A stretch of 64,000 nucleotides of DNA. It comes from Nostoc sp. DedSLP01. Lineage in GTDB: Bacteria > Cyanobacteriota > Cyanobacteriia > Cyanobacteriales > Nostocaceae. Of the stretch, positions 21,345 through 30,890 are shown in pieces (the first letter of the stretch is position 1; every line of letters starts with the position of its first letter). Position numbers and translations under genes: made by a program. The DNA is taken from the NCBI GenBank assembly GCA_034530875.2, contig JAVRCJ020000012.1:64001-128000 (forward strand), read 5' to 3'. The notes beneath the pieces were generated by a model that saw only the letters and a program-made list of their open reading frames with translations, was not told where the DNA came from and searched no databases.

Positions 21345-21473
21345 GCAATAAAGCTTTAAAATTACTGTTTTTCGTTTTGCCTTTCCCGTTTACAGCAATT
21401 TCCAGGTAAATAGACCACGTTGTAGGAGAGCACAGCTGTACTGCCTACCGAAAATTGTGGTTCAAAGGTTTCA

Positions 21474-21587
21474 CAATACTTGTCGGTTAAGGGGAAAAGG
21501 GGGAAAGAAAAAACCTTTAACCTTTACCCTTTAACCTTTTCCCTAAACCCAATGCCGAGTTAAAAATGCAAAACCCGAGCAGTATTA
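21474..21587. mobile_element. MITE, CAATAC family, 114 bp
   Basis: Ends caatacttgtcggttaa / aacccgagcagtatta; perfect 10-bp duplication aaaggtttca (21464-21473, 21588-21597). Confidence 0.8.
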
Positions 21588-21628
21588 AAAGGTTTCAAGC
21601 TTTAGTGCGTAAGTTCTGTAAAGATTTG

Positions 21629-21679
21629 ATGACTAAATAGCTAGAGACTATTGTGCTTGTAGAGGATAATCACAAAGAT
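21629..21679 (+). pseudogene. Degenerate duplicate of the first 17 codons of the downstream response regulator
   Basis: MTK*LETIVLVEDNHKD versus MSKEQDTILLVEDNHKD 77 bp downstream. Confidence 0.8.
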
Positions 21680-21705
21680 ATGTTTGCGGCAAAAACAAAA
21701 ATTTT

Positions 21706-22149
21706 ATGAGTAAAGAGCAAGATACTATTTTGCTTGTAGAAGATAATCACAAAGATGTCCTTCTAATGCAACGAGCGCTGCGCAAGGCTAACATTTTAAA
21801 CCCACTTCAGGTTGTAAATGATGGCGATACTGCGGTGTTGTATCTGTCTGGAGAGGAACAATATAGCGATCGCACACGTTATCCTTTGCCTGTACTCATC
21901 CTACTAGATCTGAAACTACCCCGCAAATCTGGAATTGAGGTTTTGATGTGGTTACGCCAGCAACCAAAACTCAAGCGCTTACCAGTCGTAGTTCTTACCT
22001 CATCTAAGGAAGATACAGATATTAATGATGTCTACGACATAGGTGTAAACGCTTACATAGTTAAGCCAGTTATTTTTAACGATTTAGTAGAAATTGTTAT
22101 TACCCTGAATCTCCACTGGATTATTTTTAACGAAAAACCACAAATTTAA
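21706..22149 (+). CDS. Rcp1-like single-domain response regulator
   Basis: LLVED, LILLDLKLP, VVVLTSS, GVNAYIVKP; paralogous to 7519-7974. Confidence 0.9.
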   Translation: MSKEQDTILLVEDNHKDVLLMQRALRKANILNPLQVVNDGDTAVLYLSGEEQYSDRTRYPLPVLILLDLKLPRKSGIEVLMWLRQQPKLKRLPVVVLTSSKEDTDINDVYDIGVNAYIVKPVIFNDLVEIVITLNLHWIIFNEKPQI

Positions 22150-22197
22150 ACTGTTTGAAGATTTTTGAGTTTGAGAATTTGAACTAAAGCATTGAAG

Positions 22198-22503
22198 AAG
22201 AATTCAGAATTCAGGAGTCAGGAGTCATATCAAGTTCGCTTAATTACTTATAAATCCTGAAACACCCCACCCGCCTTACGGCACCCTGCCCTTAGCAAGG
22301 GGAGGGTTGGGGAGGGGTAACGCGAGGACTGCAATCATAACTAATCATCCGAACATGATATCAGAACAAGAAAGCCGGGGATTCAGACCTGCGACAGATT
22401 GTTTTGCACCAAATCTATAATTGGGTGGGGGTCTTAAACCCAGTTATTCAGACGCTTGCGGACTCCAATTCATACTGAATTCTGACAACTGACTCCTGAA
22501 TTC
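22198..22503. mobile_element. GAATTCAGGAGTCA-ended repeat element with a second MITE nested at 22228-22360
   Basis: Outer part matches the reverse complement of 29617-29777; insert has ends tatcaagttcg / cgaacatgata. Confidence 0.75.
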
Positions 22504-23939
22504 TATCTTGATGATTTTGTATGTTGTTGAAAATAAGCTTGATAGAGTTGGCAACGCGGTACAATACGTTCGCCTTCAAACTTAATCAGTCCTAAACTTT
22601 CAAGCTGAGATACTGCAACAGGATCTAAAACAATATTTTCCTTATTTATCGCAATATCAGCATAAGCCCTAGCTAAATTCGGTTTTTTTTGTAGTTTTAT
22701 CCAGTGCTTCCATAAATGATCGCGATAAATTCCACCATTAGCAATTGCTTCTTTTATCAAGTCTTGGAGATTGATGGTTTCGCAGCAAATATGATACAGC
22801 GCAATCCGAATTAAAGCTGGATGGCCTCCCACAAGCGACATCAACGCGGCAGATTCTTTACCAGTACTCCAGTCTAATCCATGCCGCCTAGCCAATTCTT
22901 CTACCTGTTCTTGGGTAAATTCTGGCAACCGAACGGGTAAACCAATATTAAAAGGCGAACGATTGATGTCGAATGTTATGTAATTTTCAGTTGAGTAAAC
23001 CATTACTAATCGCAGCTTTTGCCAATTTTGATTTTGTCGTGCTTCCTCACACCAAGAACGCAATAAACCTAAAAAATCCTCAGCAATGTCAGGATATTCA
23101 AAAAAGCGATCTACTTCATTCAACACAATCACCACTGGAGTTTGACTGTGTTTGAGCAGATACTTTTGAAAGTAAAAACTGCAATTCAACTTAGAATCTA
23201 TTTGTTTATCCCATTGTCGATTGAGATTGGGAGCAAGACCTAATTGAGTTGCTACTTGCCAACAGAGAAAATACAAAAGTTCGTTTAAGTTAGCCAGACA
23301 ATTTTGTTCTATTTGATAGCAATTAATAGTTACTGTTTGGTAATTTTGTTGCTGTGCATAGGCTAGCATTCTTAATACTAGAGAACTCTTACCCATCTGT
23401 CTGGGTGATTGAATCTGAATCGCGCAGCCATTTTGAGTTATTTCATGATAAACAACTTTTTCCAGAGGTGGACGTTCGATATAAAGAGGAGAACCCAAAC
23501 TCACAGGGCCGTCTGGATATGAATCACAACATTTAACCTTGCAGGGCTGTTTCTTTGCTACATAACTTTTGGCTATTGAAGATAACGGAGATTTAGATTT
23601 TTGCTTATCTTCTAAAGTTTGCAGCCAGTTTTCTCTAGTTCGATCTTCATTTACTTCACTAGCAATGGTGTAATCTCCTGTAGATAATTCCAAACCAAAA
23701 GTGTTAAAGCATAGTCTCAGCGTTCGTTGATCTACAGTTGCATTCAAAGACCATAACCTACTCAAGGTTTTCGCAGATATATCCATACGGCTGCTTAATT
23801 CTTCCAAGGTAAAACGATTACCGTTGTTTTGAGTTATCTCTAGTATTTGAATTGCAGACTTTAAGCGTATTAGTCCAGCAGAGGTCAATAAAACTCCTCG
23901 TTTGCGTCTGCTTCTAAACTGTTCCATTTCACTAACCAT
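22503..23939 (-). CDS. HTH-like plus AAA_35-type ATPase protein (putative regulator)
   Basis: RRKRGVLLT...FTLEELSSRMDISAKTLSRL; YIERPP; Walker A SPRQMGKSS; SPFNIG. Confidence 0.8.
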   Translation of the reverse strand: MVSEMEQFRSRRKRGVLLTSAGLIRLKSAIQILEITQNNGNRFTLEELSSRMDISAKTLSRLWSLNATVDQRTLRLCFNTFGLELSTGDYTIASEVNEDRTRENWLQTLEDKQKSKSPLSSIAKSYVAKKQPCKVKCCDSYPDGPVSLGSPLYIERPPLEKVVYHEITQNGCAIQIQSPRQMGKSSLVLRMLAYAQQQNYQTVTINCYQIEQNCLANLNELLYFLCWQVATQLGLAPNLNRQWDKQIDSKLNCSFYFQKYLLKHSQTPVVIVLNEVDRFFEYPDIAEDFLGLLRSWCEEARQNQNWQKLRLVMVYSTENYITFDINRSPFNIGLPVRLPEFTQEQVEELARRHGLDWSTGKESAALMSLVGGHPALIRIALYHICCETINLQDLIKEAIANGGIYRDHLWKHWIKLQKKPNLARAYADIAINKENIVLDPVAVSQLESLGLIKFEGERIVPRCQLYQAYFQQHTKSSR

Positions 23940-24487
23940 AGAATTTGCCCCAAATACAATTCTGTCTTTTTATCTCTAGAGTTATCCGCAAGCAGCCAAT
24001 TTTGGATTTATCGCTTTATTTCTTACGTCTTTTCATCGCTATTAAAATTAATGATTATTAACTCTGAAAATTCGATTTGATAAAATTTAAATTGTCTCAA
24101 TTTAACTGAAGCAAAGTTATTCATAATATGAAATACAAAATCGATTTTTTATGAAAAAAATAAAAAAATAATCTTTCTCAATATATAAATATCTACGGAG
24201 AAATATCTTTGTTTGCGTTTGATAGCAATCAAAGTAAGTATATTAATGAAATTTTATTAAGAGAATTAGTAATACTAATTCTCTATCAAGCTAGGCACAG
24301 TGAAAAAATTCTCTTTCCCAGCTTGTGTAGTAAACATATCAAGGAAAAATAAGAAACTTATAGGGATGCCAAAATTTGTTTTCAATCGGCTCTTACTTAA
24401 TCGTATTCACAGTTAAACCATAGTTGAGGGCATCAACTCAGTGGAAAACACAAACAATAATAGGCTTTCAATAGTGCTGGCTATTGC

Positions 24488-24904
24488 CTATTGCCTGTTC
24501 GCTGTTATAAATTGCTCTTCAGTCGGCAAACTCCATCCAAGAATACAAGCGATCGCTGAATGCAAGGTCACTGGATTAAAAGGCTTGGCAATTGCTTTCA
24601 CCACCCCAAGCTGCTGAAGTTTTTGTGACGTAAACCAACTCGCTTTCACACTCAACAAGATGACTGGGATAGCTTTGGTTAAAGGATTTTCTTGCAATCT
24701 ATGCAGAAATGTGGTAGAGTCCATACCTGGCATTAAAACATCAAGCAAAATAGCATCAGGAGGTTCTATGGCTAGCTGTTTTAGTCCAGCTTGAGCCGAG
24801 GGAACCGCCACAACTCTCCATCCGGCTAAATCGCTTAAACACGCTTGCACAAGTTCTCGAATAGTCGGTTCGTCATCAATTAGCAATATTGTTTTGACTG
24901 TCAT
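24488..24904 (-). CDS. Single-domain response regulator
   Basis: ILLIDDE, DAILLDVLMP, IAKPF; paralogous to 41701-42081. Confidence 0.88.
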   Translation of the reverse strand: MTVKTILLIDDEPTIRELVQACLSDLAGWRVVAVPSAQAGLKQLAIEPPDAILLDVLMPGMDSTTFLHRLQENPLTKAIPVILLSVKASWFTSQKLQQLGVVKAIAKPFNPVTLHSAIACILGWSLPTEEQFITANRQ

Positions 24905-25134
24905 AATTAAAACGAGTTTTCCAAAAGGGAACGGGGAACAGGGAACATTGGGAATACAACTTGATTCTCAAAAAAACTAGCGGTTTTACAAGAGAATTTC
25001 CACTTTGTTCTGTGCTGTAAATTCAGCTTAGATCGAGAAAATAAGAAACTTATAGGGTGTTTGAGAGGCTATTCTCAAGGCAAAACTTGCTACAGACCGT
25101 GCCAAACCTGGGTCGCAACAGCAAATGGTTAAGG

Positions 25135-25190
25135 CTACGATGTACACACAAGTCGAATTTCTCTTGAAAAAACTTGTGTGTATCCCGTAG
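25135..25190. mobile_element. 56-bp minimal derivative of the IS at 47887-49373
   Basis: ctacgatgtacacacaagtc ... acttgtgtgtatcccgtag, near-identical to the IS termini. Confidence 0.8.
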
Positions 25191-25248
25191 CCCTGCCTAC
25201 ACAGCAATGGAATTATTAAGCCTATCAAGCGATCGCGAACTAAAAAAT

Positions 25249-26109
25249 CTAACCAAGGGTCATCAAAAATTTGCGGACAGATTGCTCAAACTCAGTAGGA
25301 GTTTCAAGGTGAGGAGAATGTCCTGCATTAAATGTTTCAACTTGAGCATTTGGAAATTTGTTAATTGCAGGTAAGCACCGCCGGAGTTGAACAAAGGGAT
25401 CGCGTAATGCCCAAGTAAAAAGTACGGGACACGAAATACTCGAAATCAGTTCTCTCAGGTCTGAGGTTGGTTCGGCAAAACTTTGCCATGCCTGAACTAA
25501 ATAAGGTGCCATTTCCCAAGAAGATGCTAATATTTTCTTTCTTTGACTGCGAGCAGCTTGCTTGGGAAGTATCACTCGATAAAAATCAGCAATAGCTTTA
25601 GGATACCACCAAGCTTTTGCCATTCCTCCTGAAAAAATTCGTACCATTAATTTGATAAATACTTGTGCCGAACTATCCATTGGATCGAGTCCACCAGGAT
25701 TTGCTAAAATTAGACCCAGCACGCGTTCCGGGTGGATATAAGCATATTTGATTGCCGTAGCTCCACCAATAGAATTTCCAATAATAACTACTTTATCTAA
25801 CCTCAATTTATCTAGGAATAGTGCCAGTAATTCAGAATATCTACTTGCACTAACAGGTTGCATATCATTGTCTGAATTCCCATGACCCGGAAAATCAATA
25901 GCAATAACTCGGTATTGGTTGCAAAGGTTTTCTCTTAAATACAAATAGTCACTTGCTCCATGTCCAATTGCATGAAGGCAAATGATAGGTAAGCCGATAC
26001 CATCATCATTATAAGCTAGATTTATTCCGTCTACTTCAAGCGTTTTCCACGGTTCAGTTGCCCCTAATGCTGCCCTTAGTCGAGTGTTATTTCCCATTGG
26101 CTTATACAA
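25249..26109 (-). CDS. Alpha/beta hydrolase, last gene of the biosynthetic cluster
   Basis: CLHAIGHG, DFPGHGNS, nucleophile GNSIGG, AGHSPHLE. Confidence 0.88.
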   Translation of the reverse strand: MYKPMGNNTRLRAALGATEPWKTLEVDGINLAYNDDGIGLPIICLHAIGHGASDYLYLRENLCNQYRVIAIDFPGHGNSDNDMQPVSASRYSELLALFLDKLRLDKVVIIGNSIGGATAIKYAYIHPERVLGLILANPGGLDPMDSSAQVFIKLMVRIFSGGMAKAWWYPKAIADFYRVILPKQAARSQRKKILASSWEMAPYLVQAWQSFAEPTSDLRELISSISCPVLFTWALRDPFVQLRRCLPAINKFPNAQVETFNAGHSPHLETPTEFEQSVRKFLMTLG

Positions 26110-26121
26110 ATTATTTTAGTA

Positions 26122-27312
26122 CTAGAAAATATCAGCAGGATCGGCTTCTTGTAACTTTTGTACTGCGAAGGCTCCGGCGATAAAGCACATTAAAATTGTC
26201 AGACACAAGACGAATACAGCACGAACAAATTCCATTTCTGTTGGCAGCCGGACAATGCGAACAACTAAATCATACAATAATACAGAAAAAGCAAATCCTG
26301 GAATATAACCTAAAACTGATAAAAATAATGATTCTTGAAAAACTACTTTTAAAAGATATTTATGACTATAACCAATAGCTTTCAGAGTTGCATACTCAGC
26401 TAAATGGTCGGAGACTTCACTATAGAGAACTTGATAGACAATAACTGAACCCACAATGAATCCCATTACTGTCCCTATAGTGAATATAGAACCAATGGGT
26501 GAACCTTGTCGCCAGTAATCTTTTTCCCGAGTCATATAACTCTCAAGGGTGAGTATTTTTACACCATTGGGAAGCTTAGCTGTTAAATTTTTAAGTACTT
26601 TTTGAATATTAGCATTAGGCTTGAGTTTAACTAAACCTACGCTCACCTTTTCCAAGGGTCTTTGAAGTAAACGTGAAAAATTCAAATCGCTAGTTATTAA
26701 AATTCCATCAGCAGAAAAAATCGAACCTCCTAAGCTGAATAAACCGCCAATTTTGATTTTGCGATCGTTTACTTCAGTTGCGATATTTTTTCCTTGTTTA
26801 AATTCGGTAGCAATGGGGCCAAAAACAGGCTTAGATAATCGGTCAAAAAGAACTACATCATCATATTTAAGTTTATTTAGATTCTGATTAACTTCAGGCA
26901 AATTAAAACATGGTTTTTCCGGATTACAGCCAAAAATTAATATTTGACGATTGCGCGGCTCTACAGGATTTTTCCAGTGGCCAAAACCCACATATAGAGG
27001 ATATGCTGTTTCTATACCATCAACCTCTAAACTTTTAGTTAAGTAACGCTTGGTAAAAGTCCGATACAATCCTACATCATATAAATTTTCAGCTCTGGGG
27101 TCGATCAAAATCAAGTCTGCACGCATATTCTGGTGTATATCTACAGCAGTTTTATATAAAGCGCCTTGGAAACCTAATTGCATAAACATTAAAAGGGTAG
27201 CAAAAGCAATTCCAGCCAAAGCTACTATAAACCGAGCCTTATTATGCGTTAATTGTAACCAGGATACGGGTACTTTTTGCATAATGAATTTGTATTTACC
27301 CATGAGAGCCAA
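26122..27312 (-). CDS. devC: DevC-family ABC exporter permease
   Basis: AGIAFATLLMFMQLGFQGALY, YQVLYSEVSDHLAEYATLKAIGY, terminal ADPADIF. Confidence 0.9.
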   Translation of the reverse strand: MALMGKYKFIMQKVPVSWLQLTHNKARFIVALAGIAFATLLMFMQLGFQGALYKTAVDIHQNMRADLILIDPRAENLYDVGLYRTFTKRYLTKSLEVDGIETAYPLYVGFGHWKNPVEPRNRQILIFGCNPEKPCFNLPEVNQNLNKLKYDDVVLFDRLSKPVFGPIATEFKQGKNIATEVNDRKIKIGGLFSLGGSIFSADGILITSDLNFSRLLQRPLEKVSVGLVKLKPNANIQKVLKNLTAKLPNGVKILTLESYMTREKDYWRQGSPIGSIFTIGTVMGFIVGSVIVYQVLYSEVSDHLAEYATLKAIGYSHKYLLKVVFQESLFLSVLGYIPGFAFSVLLYDLVVRIVRLPTEMEFVRAVFVLCLTILMCFIAGAFAVQKLQEADPADIF

Positions 27313-27388
27313 ATTTCATGTATTAACGACTTTGACGCTTGAAAAATTTTGATTCTTCCAATTAAGCTAGAAGAAATTTACGAAGAAA

Positions 27389-28618
27389 TTAAATATGAAT
27401 TGCTACATTCACTTTCAAGTTGGTTAAGCTTCTTACTTGTTGGCTACTCGCGGAGTCCAGCCTGATTTTGACTTCTACTACTCTAGCGTCTACAGCCACC
27501 ACTGGATCGTCGTTCAAAACATCTTTTTTACCAATTTGCCAACCAATTTGGTCTACATGACCTTGTAGTTTGTTGGTAAAAGTTTCACTAGTAATTACAG
27601 CTTTTTGACCGTTATTTATCTTAGTAATATCACTTTCATAAACTTCTGCGACTACATACATCTGGTCTGTTTGACCGATATCGGCAATTCCTTGGGTATC
27701 AATATTTTCTCCAGCGTGAGTATAGATTTTTAAAATTCGCCCAGCTATTGGCGATCGCACATAAGCTAGCTTGAGGTCGGCTTGAGCTTGTTTTACAGAG
27801 GCGATCGCACTTTCTAAGTCTGCTTGAGCCTCGTTGATATTTACCGGACGAATTTCAGCAATACGATTTAAAGTTGCTCTTGCTTCATTAATCTGTTCTT
27901 GGAGAGTTTTGACAGTACCATTAAAAGTAGCTTGTGCCTCATTTATCTGCTCTTGAATAGTTTCCATTGTCAAACGTTTACTATCTAAAAGCGAAATGGC
28001 GATCGCACCATCTTTATAGAGCTTCTCATAACGCGAATACTCTATTTGAGCGTTACTTAATTGAGTTGAAAGTTTAGCAATATTTGCTTTTTGAGCAATG
28101 CTTTCCTCGCTTAACTGTGCCTTTAATCGAGCAATCACCGCTTGTTGAGCAGATATTTCTCCTACTTGAGCGCCAGCTTTAACTTTGTCAAGACGCGCTT
28201 GAGCAACTTTGACTTGTGTTTGAGCCTTTTCTAAAGCAGCTTGACGAGTATCAAGGATATCCAGAATTGCAACTACCTGTCCGGGCCGAACTTGCTCTCC
28301 TTCCTTAACAAGTAGCTTCGCAATTCGCTTTTGCGTCTCTAGCATGGTTGGTGAAGACAGCTTAATAACTTCTCCTAGCGGTTCTAAGCGTCCATCCGCA
28401 GCAACAATATTGTCAGTAGAATTACCTCCTGGAGTGGCGGCGATGTCTGCATTATTCTGCTGAATAGCATGAGAACGAAAATACACAATAGCGTACACAG
28501 AAGCTCCACCAAAAGCTAAAGCTGTCACAATTGCCAAAATAATGACTCTCCAACTTTGGAGACCTGCATTCTTTAAAAACTGCTGATTGGTATTAGACGC
28601 TGGATAATCTTCTTGCAT
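27389..28618 (-). CDS. devB: DevB/HlyD-family membrane fusion protein
   Basis: GRLEPLGEVIKLS, LLVKEGEQV, coiled coil, VVAEVYESDI, DARVVEVKIRL. Confidence 0.9.
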   Translation of the reverse strand: MQEDYPASNTNQQFLKNAGLQSWRVIILAIVTALAFGGASVYAIVYFRSHAIQQNNADIAATPGGNSTDNIVAADGRLEPLGEVIKLSSPTMLETQKRIAKLLVKEGEQVRPGQVVAILDILDTRQAALEKAQTQVKVAQARLDKVKAGAQVGEISAQQAVIARLKAQLSEESIAQKANIAKLSTQLSNAQIEYSRYEKLYKDGAIAISLLDSKRLTMETIQEQINEAQATFNGTVKTLQEQINEARATLNRIAEIRPVNINEAQADLESAIASVKQAQADLKLAYVRSPIAGRILKIYTHAGENIDTQGIADIGQTDQMYVVAEVYESDITKINNGQKAVITSETFTNKLQGHVDQIGWQIGKKDVLNDDPVVAVDARVVEVKIRLDSASSQQVRSLTNLKVNVAIHI

Positions 28619-28625
28619 AAAAAGT

Positions 28626-28859
28626 TTAATTTTTAACGCGATTTACAAATAACTGAGTCAAGTCTCCTACAGTTTTAATATCTTGCAAATCTTCTTGTAA
28701 AAAACATACACGATACTCTTCTTGCAGTTCAATAATCATTTCAATTAAAACGAAAGATTCAGCAATAACATCGGTTAGTAAAGCTTCATCTTGCAGTTTA
28801 GAAATGGGTATTTTAGTAAAATCGGATATTTTTTCTTTTACAGTACTTTGAACTAACAT
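28626..28859 (-). CDS. Acyl carrier protein with atypical AESF motif
   Basis: 77 aa, acidic; IAESFVLIEMIIELQEEY...DIKTVGDL; AGGAG SD. Confidence 0.8.
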   Translation of the reverse strand: MLVQSTVKEKISDFTKIPISKLQDEALLTDVIAESFVLIEMIIELQEEYRVCFLQEDLQDIKTVGDLTQLFVNRVKN

Positions 28860-29012
28860 AGTATTTTCTCCTTCGTCATTTTTTGTTACTGTACTTCTAC
28901 ACCAAAAACAAGCAAATATTTTTAATAAAGCATAGAATTAATGGTTCCTTTGAATCCCCCACTAATTAATTCTGACTTCTGAATTCTGAATTCTGAGTTC
29001 TTCTTCAATGAT

Positions 29013-29573
29013 TTATCTTTTGATTAGATATTTGACTCTTTCCTCATGTTCGTTCATAGTTTGACGATAAACTTCTCGATCCGACTCTCCAAAACGTTTG
29101 AGAGTTGCTTGAATGTAATCTCTACCATAATCAGATTCCATATCCTTAAGAGCTTTTCCAACCCAAGTAGTATGCCACTTTTCATCTTTCATGATTTTCT
29201 CAAGAGTCTCTTTCACTTCTGGCTGAAGATTGAGAATCTGACTGTGAAGAGCATATTGCGTAATAACCCGTTTTTCAAAGACTTGAGTGATTGCTAGAAC
29301 CTCCATCAAATTCACAGGCATACCAGCTGCTGCTATATATTGATCTTGATAAGCATCAGTAAGTTTGAGCGCTTGAGCACCTAATTTTTCAATACATGCT
29401 GTCCAGTACCAAGCATGAAGACTTTCATCAGAAAAATGATTAGTCATATCACGCTGGATAGGGCCTGGTTTCATTGATTTGGCCAATCTGCCGAAAAAAA
29501 GTGCCCCACTGATTTCAGAAGTACGATAAAAGCTTAGAAGCCACAATTCATTTTCACTAAGTTTCTCAGACAT
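29013..29573 (-). CDS. Ferritin-like diiron protein
   Basis: Paired carboxylate/His motifs: SEISG...DESLH...FEKRV...DEKWH. Confidence 0.8.
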   Translation of the reverse strand: MSEKLSENELWLLSFYRTSEISGALFFGRLAKSMKPGPIQRDMTNHFSDESLHAWYWTACIEKLGAQALKLTDAYQDQYIAAAGMPVNLMEVLAITQVFEKRVITQYALHSQILNLQPEVKETLEKIMKDEKWHTTWVGKALKDMESDYGRDYIQATLKRFGESDREVYRQTMNEHEERVKYLIKR

Positions 29574-29616
29574 GAGAATACTCCTAACTTTTGGGTTAAT
29601 TCAATTTATCAAGATA

Positions 29617-29777
29617 GAATTCAGGAGTCAGGAGTCAGAATTCAGTATGAATTAGAGTCCGACTGGCGTCTGAATAATTGGGTTTAAGACCCAACAAAAT
29701 CGTAGATTTGGTAGTCTTGAATTAGTCGCGGTTCAGAATCACTAACTGATTGATTCTGACTCCTGAATTCTGAATTA
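29617..29777. mobile_element. GAATTCAGGAGTCA-ended repeat element inside the cluster
   Basis: gaattcaggagtcag ... ctgactcctgaattc; homologous to 22198-22503. Confidence 0.75.
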
Positions 29778-29795
29778 TTTTTCAATAAAAACACT

Positions 29796-30890
29796 TTATA
29801 CTTGTTTAGCCCATTTTTGTTTCAAAAGGTATTGGCAAGTATTTTCAATTAAAGTTTGGGGATTTTCAGCTTGATAGTTATCAAAAGCTGAAACTAGTTT
29901 TTGATTATTGATTTCTTTGTCAATGAACAGTTGCTTAGAAAAAGGAGATACACTAGAAACTGCTTCATTAACAATATTTCCGCCAAAGCCTTTTACAGCA
30001 TCTACAAGAAAATTAAAAGATTCTGGATCGGCATAAAGTGGCTTCAGAACTCGCCGCACTTTAAATTCTGGCGTTTGAGTAAAAGTTGTAAATGCAATAT
30101 CTATGATATCGCCCAAGCATGGTGATTCTGCTTTTGTATGGGCAATATGATAAATTTCTTGATTGCAAGAGCGACTCATCAACTTGAAAATTGCATCAGT
30201 GACAAAATCTCCTGTGACGAAATATAGTGGCGTTTCTGGTTTACCTGGAATTAAAGAAAGCAGACCATAATAAAGTAGCTTTAATGTATTATGGAAAGCA
30301 TTTTGTTGAGTCACATATCCTTGTATGTTATCCGCAATGACTGTTGCTACTCGAAATATGCTCCAAGGAAGATGAGAAAATTGGTTAATTAGTAAATTTT
30401 CAGATTCCCATTTTGACCACTCATAATAATTGGCAAAGCCATCTCGGTCGTCTAATGCAATTTCTGCAATTAAACCTGATTTTATCCCAGATGCATAAAC
30501 CGTACTTAATAAGCCAAATCCTTCTAAAGAGTGGCAGGTATTAGCAAAATTGAGCAGCTTTTCTGTTCCCTCAATATTAACTTGCCGAGCAGTTTCTCGG
30601 TCGACATTAAAGCGAGTTACTGAGGCAGAATGAACGATTAGTTTAATTTCTCCTGGGTCAATTAAATTAAATGGTTGTGCTTGTCTTAAATCACCCCAGG
30701 AATAGCTAACGCGTTCAGAGTAATTGTCTAGATAAAGATTGAGTTTTTCTACCTTGTTTTGAAACTCATGTTCGTCATTTGCCCTTACCCAAAGTAGTAT
30801 AGGTTCCTGTGTTACTTGCAAATATTTTCTGGCTATGCGAGAACCAATATAGCCATCGCCACCTGTAATTAAAATTTGTTTTTTAGACAT
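29796..30890 (-). CDS. Extended SDR, thioester reductase / fatty acyl reductase-like
   Basis: ILITGGDGYIG, GDL, VHSAS, NIEGT, catalytic YEWSK. Confidence 0.82.
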   Translation of the reverse strand: MSKKQILITGGDGYIGSRIARKYLQVTQEPILLWVRANDEHEFQNKVEKLNLYLDNYSERVSYSWGDLRQAQPFNLIDPGEIKLIVHSASVTRFNVDRETARQVNIEGTEKLLNFANTCHSLEGFGLLSTVYASGIKSGLIAEIALDDRDGFANYYEWSKWESENLLINQFSHLPWSIFRVATVIADNIQGYVTQQNAFHNTLKLLYYGLLSLIPGKPETPLYFVTGDFVTDAIFKLMSRSCNQEIYHIAHTKAESPCLGDIIDIAFTTFTQTPEFKVRRVLKPLYADPESFNFLVDAVKGFGGNIVNEAVSSVSPFSKQLFIDKEINNQKLVSAFDNYQAENPQTLIENTCQYLLKQKWAKQV

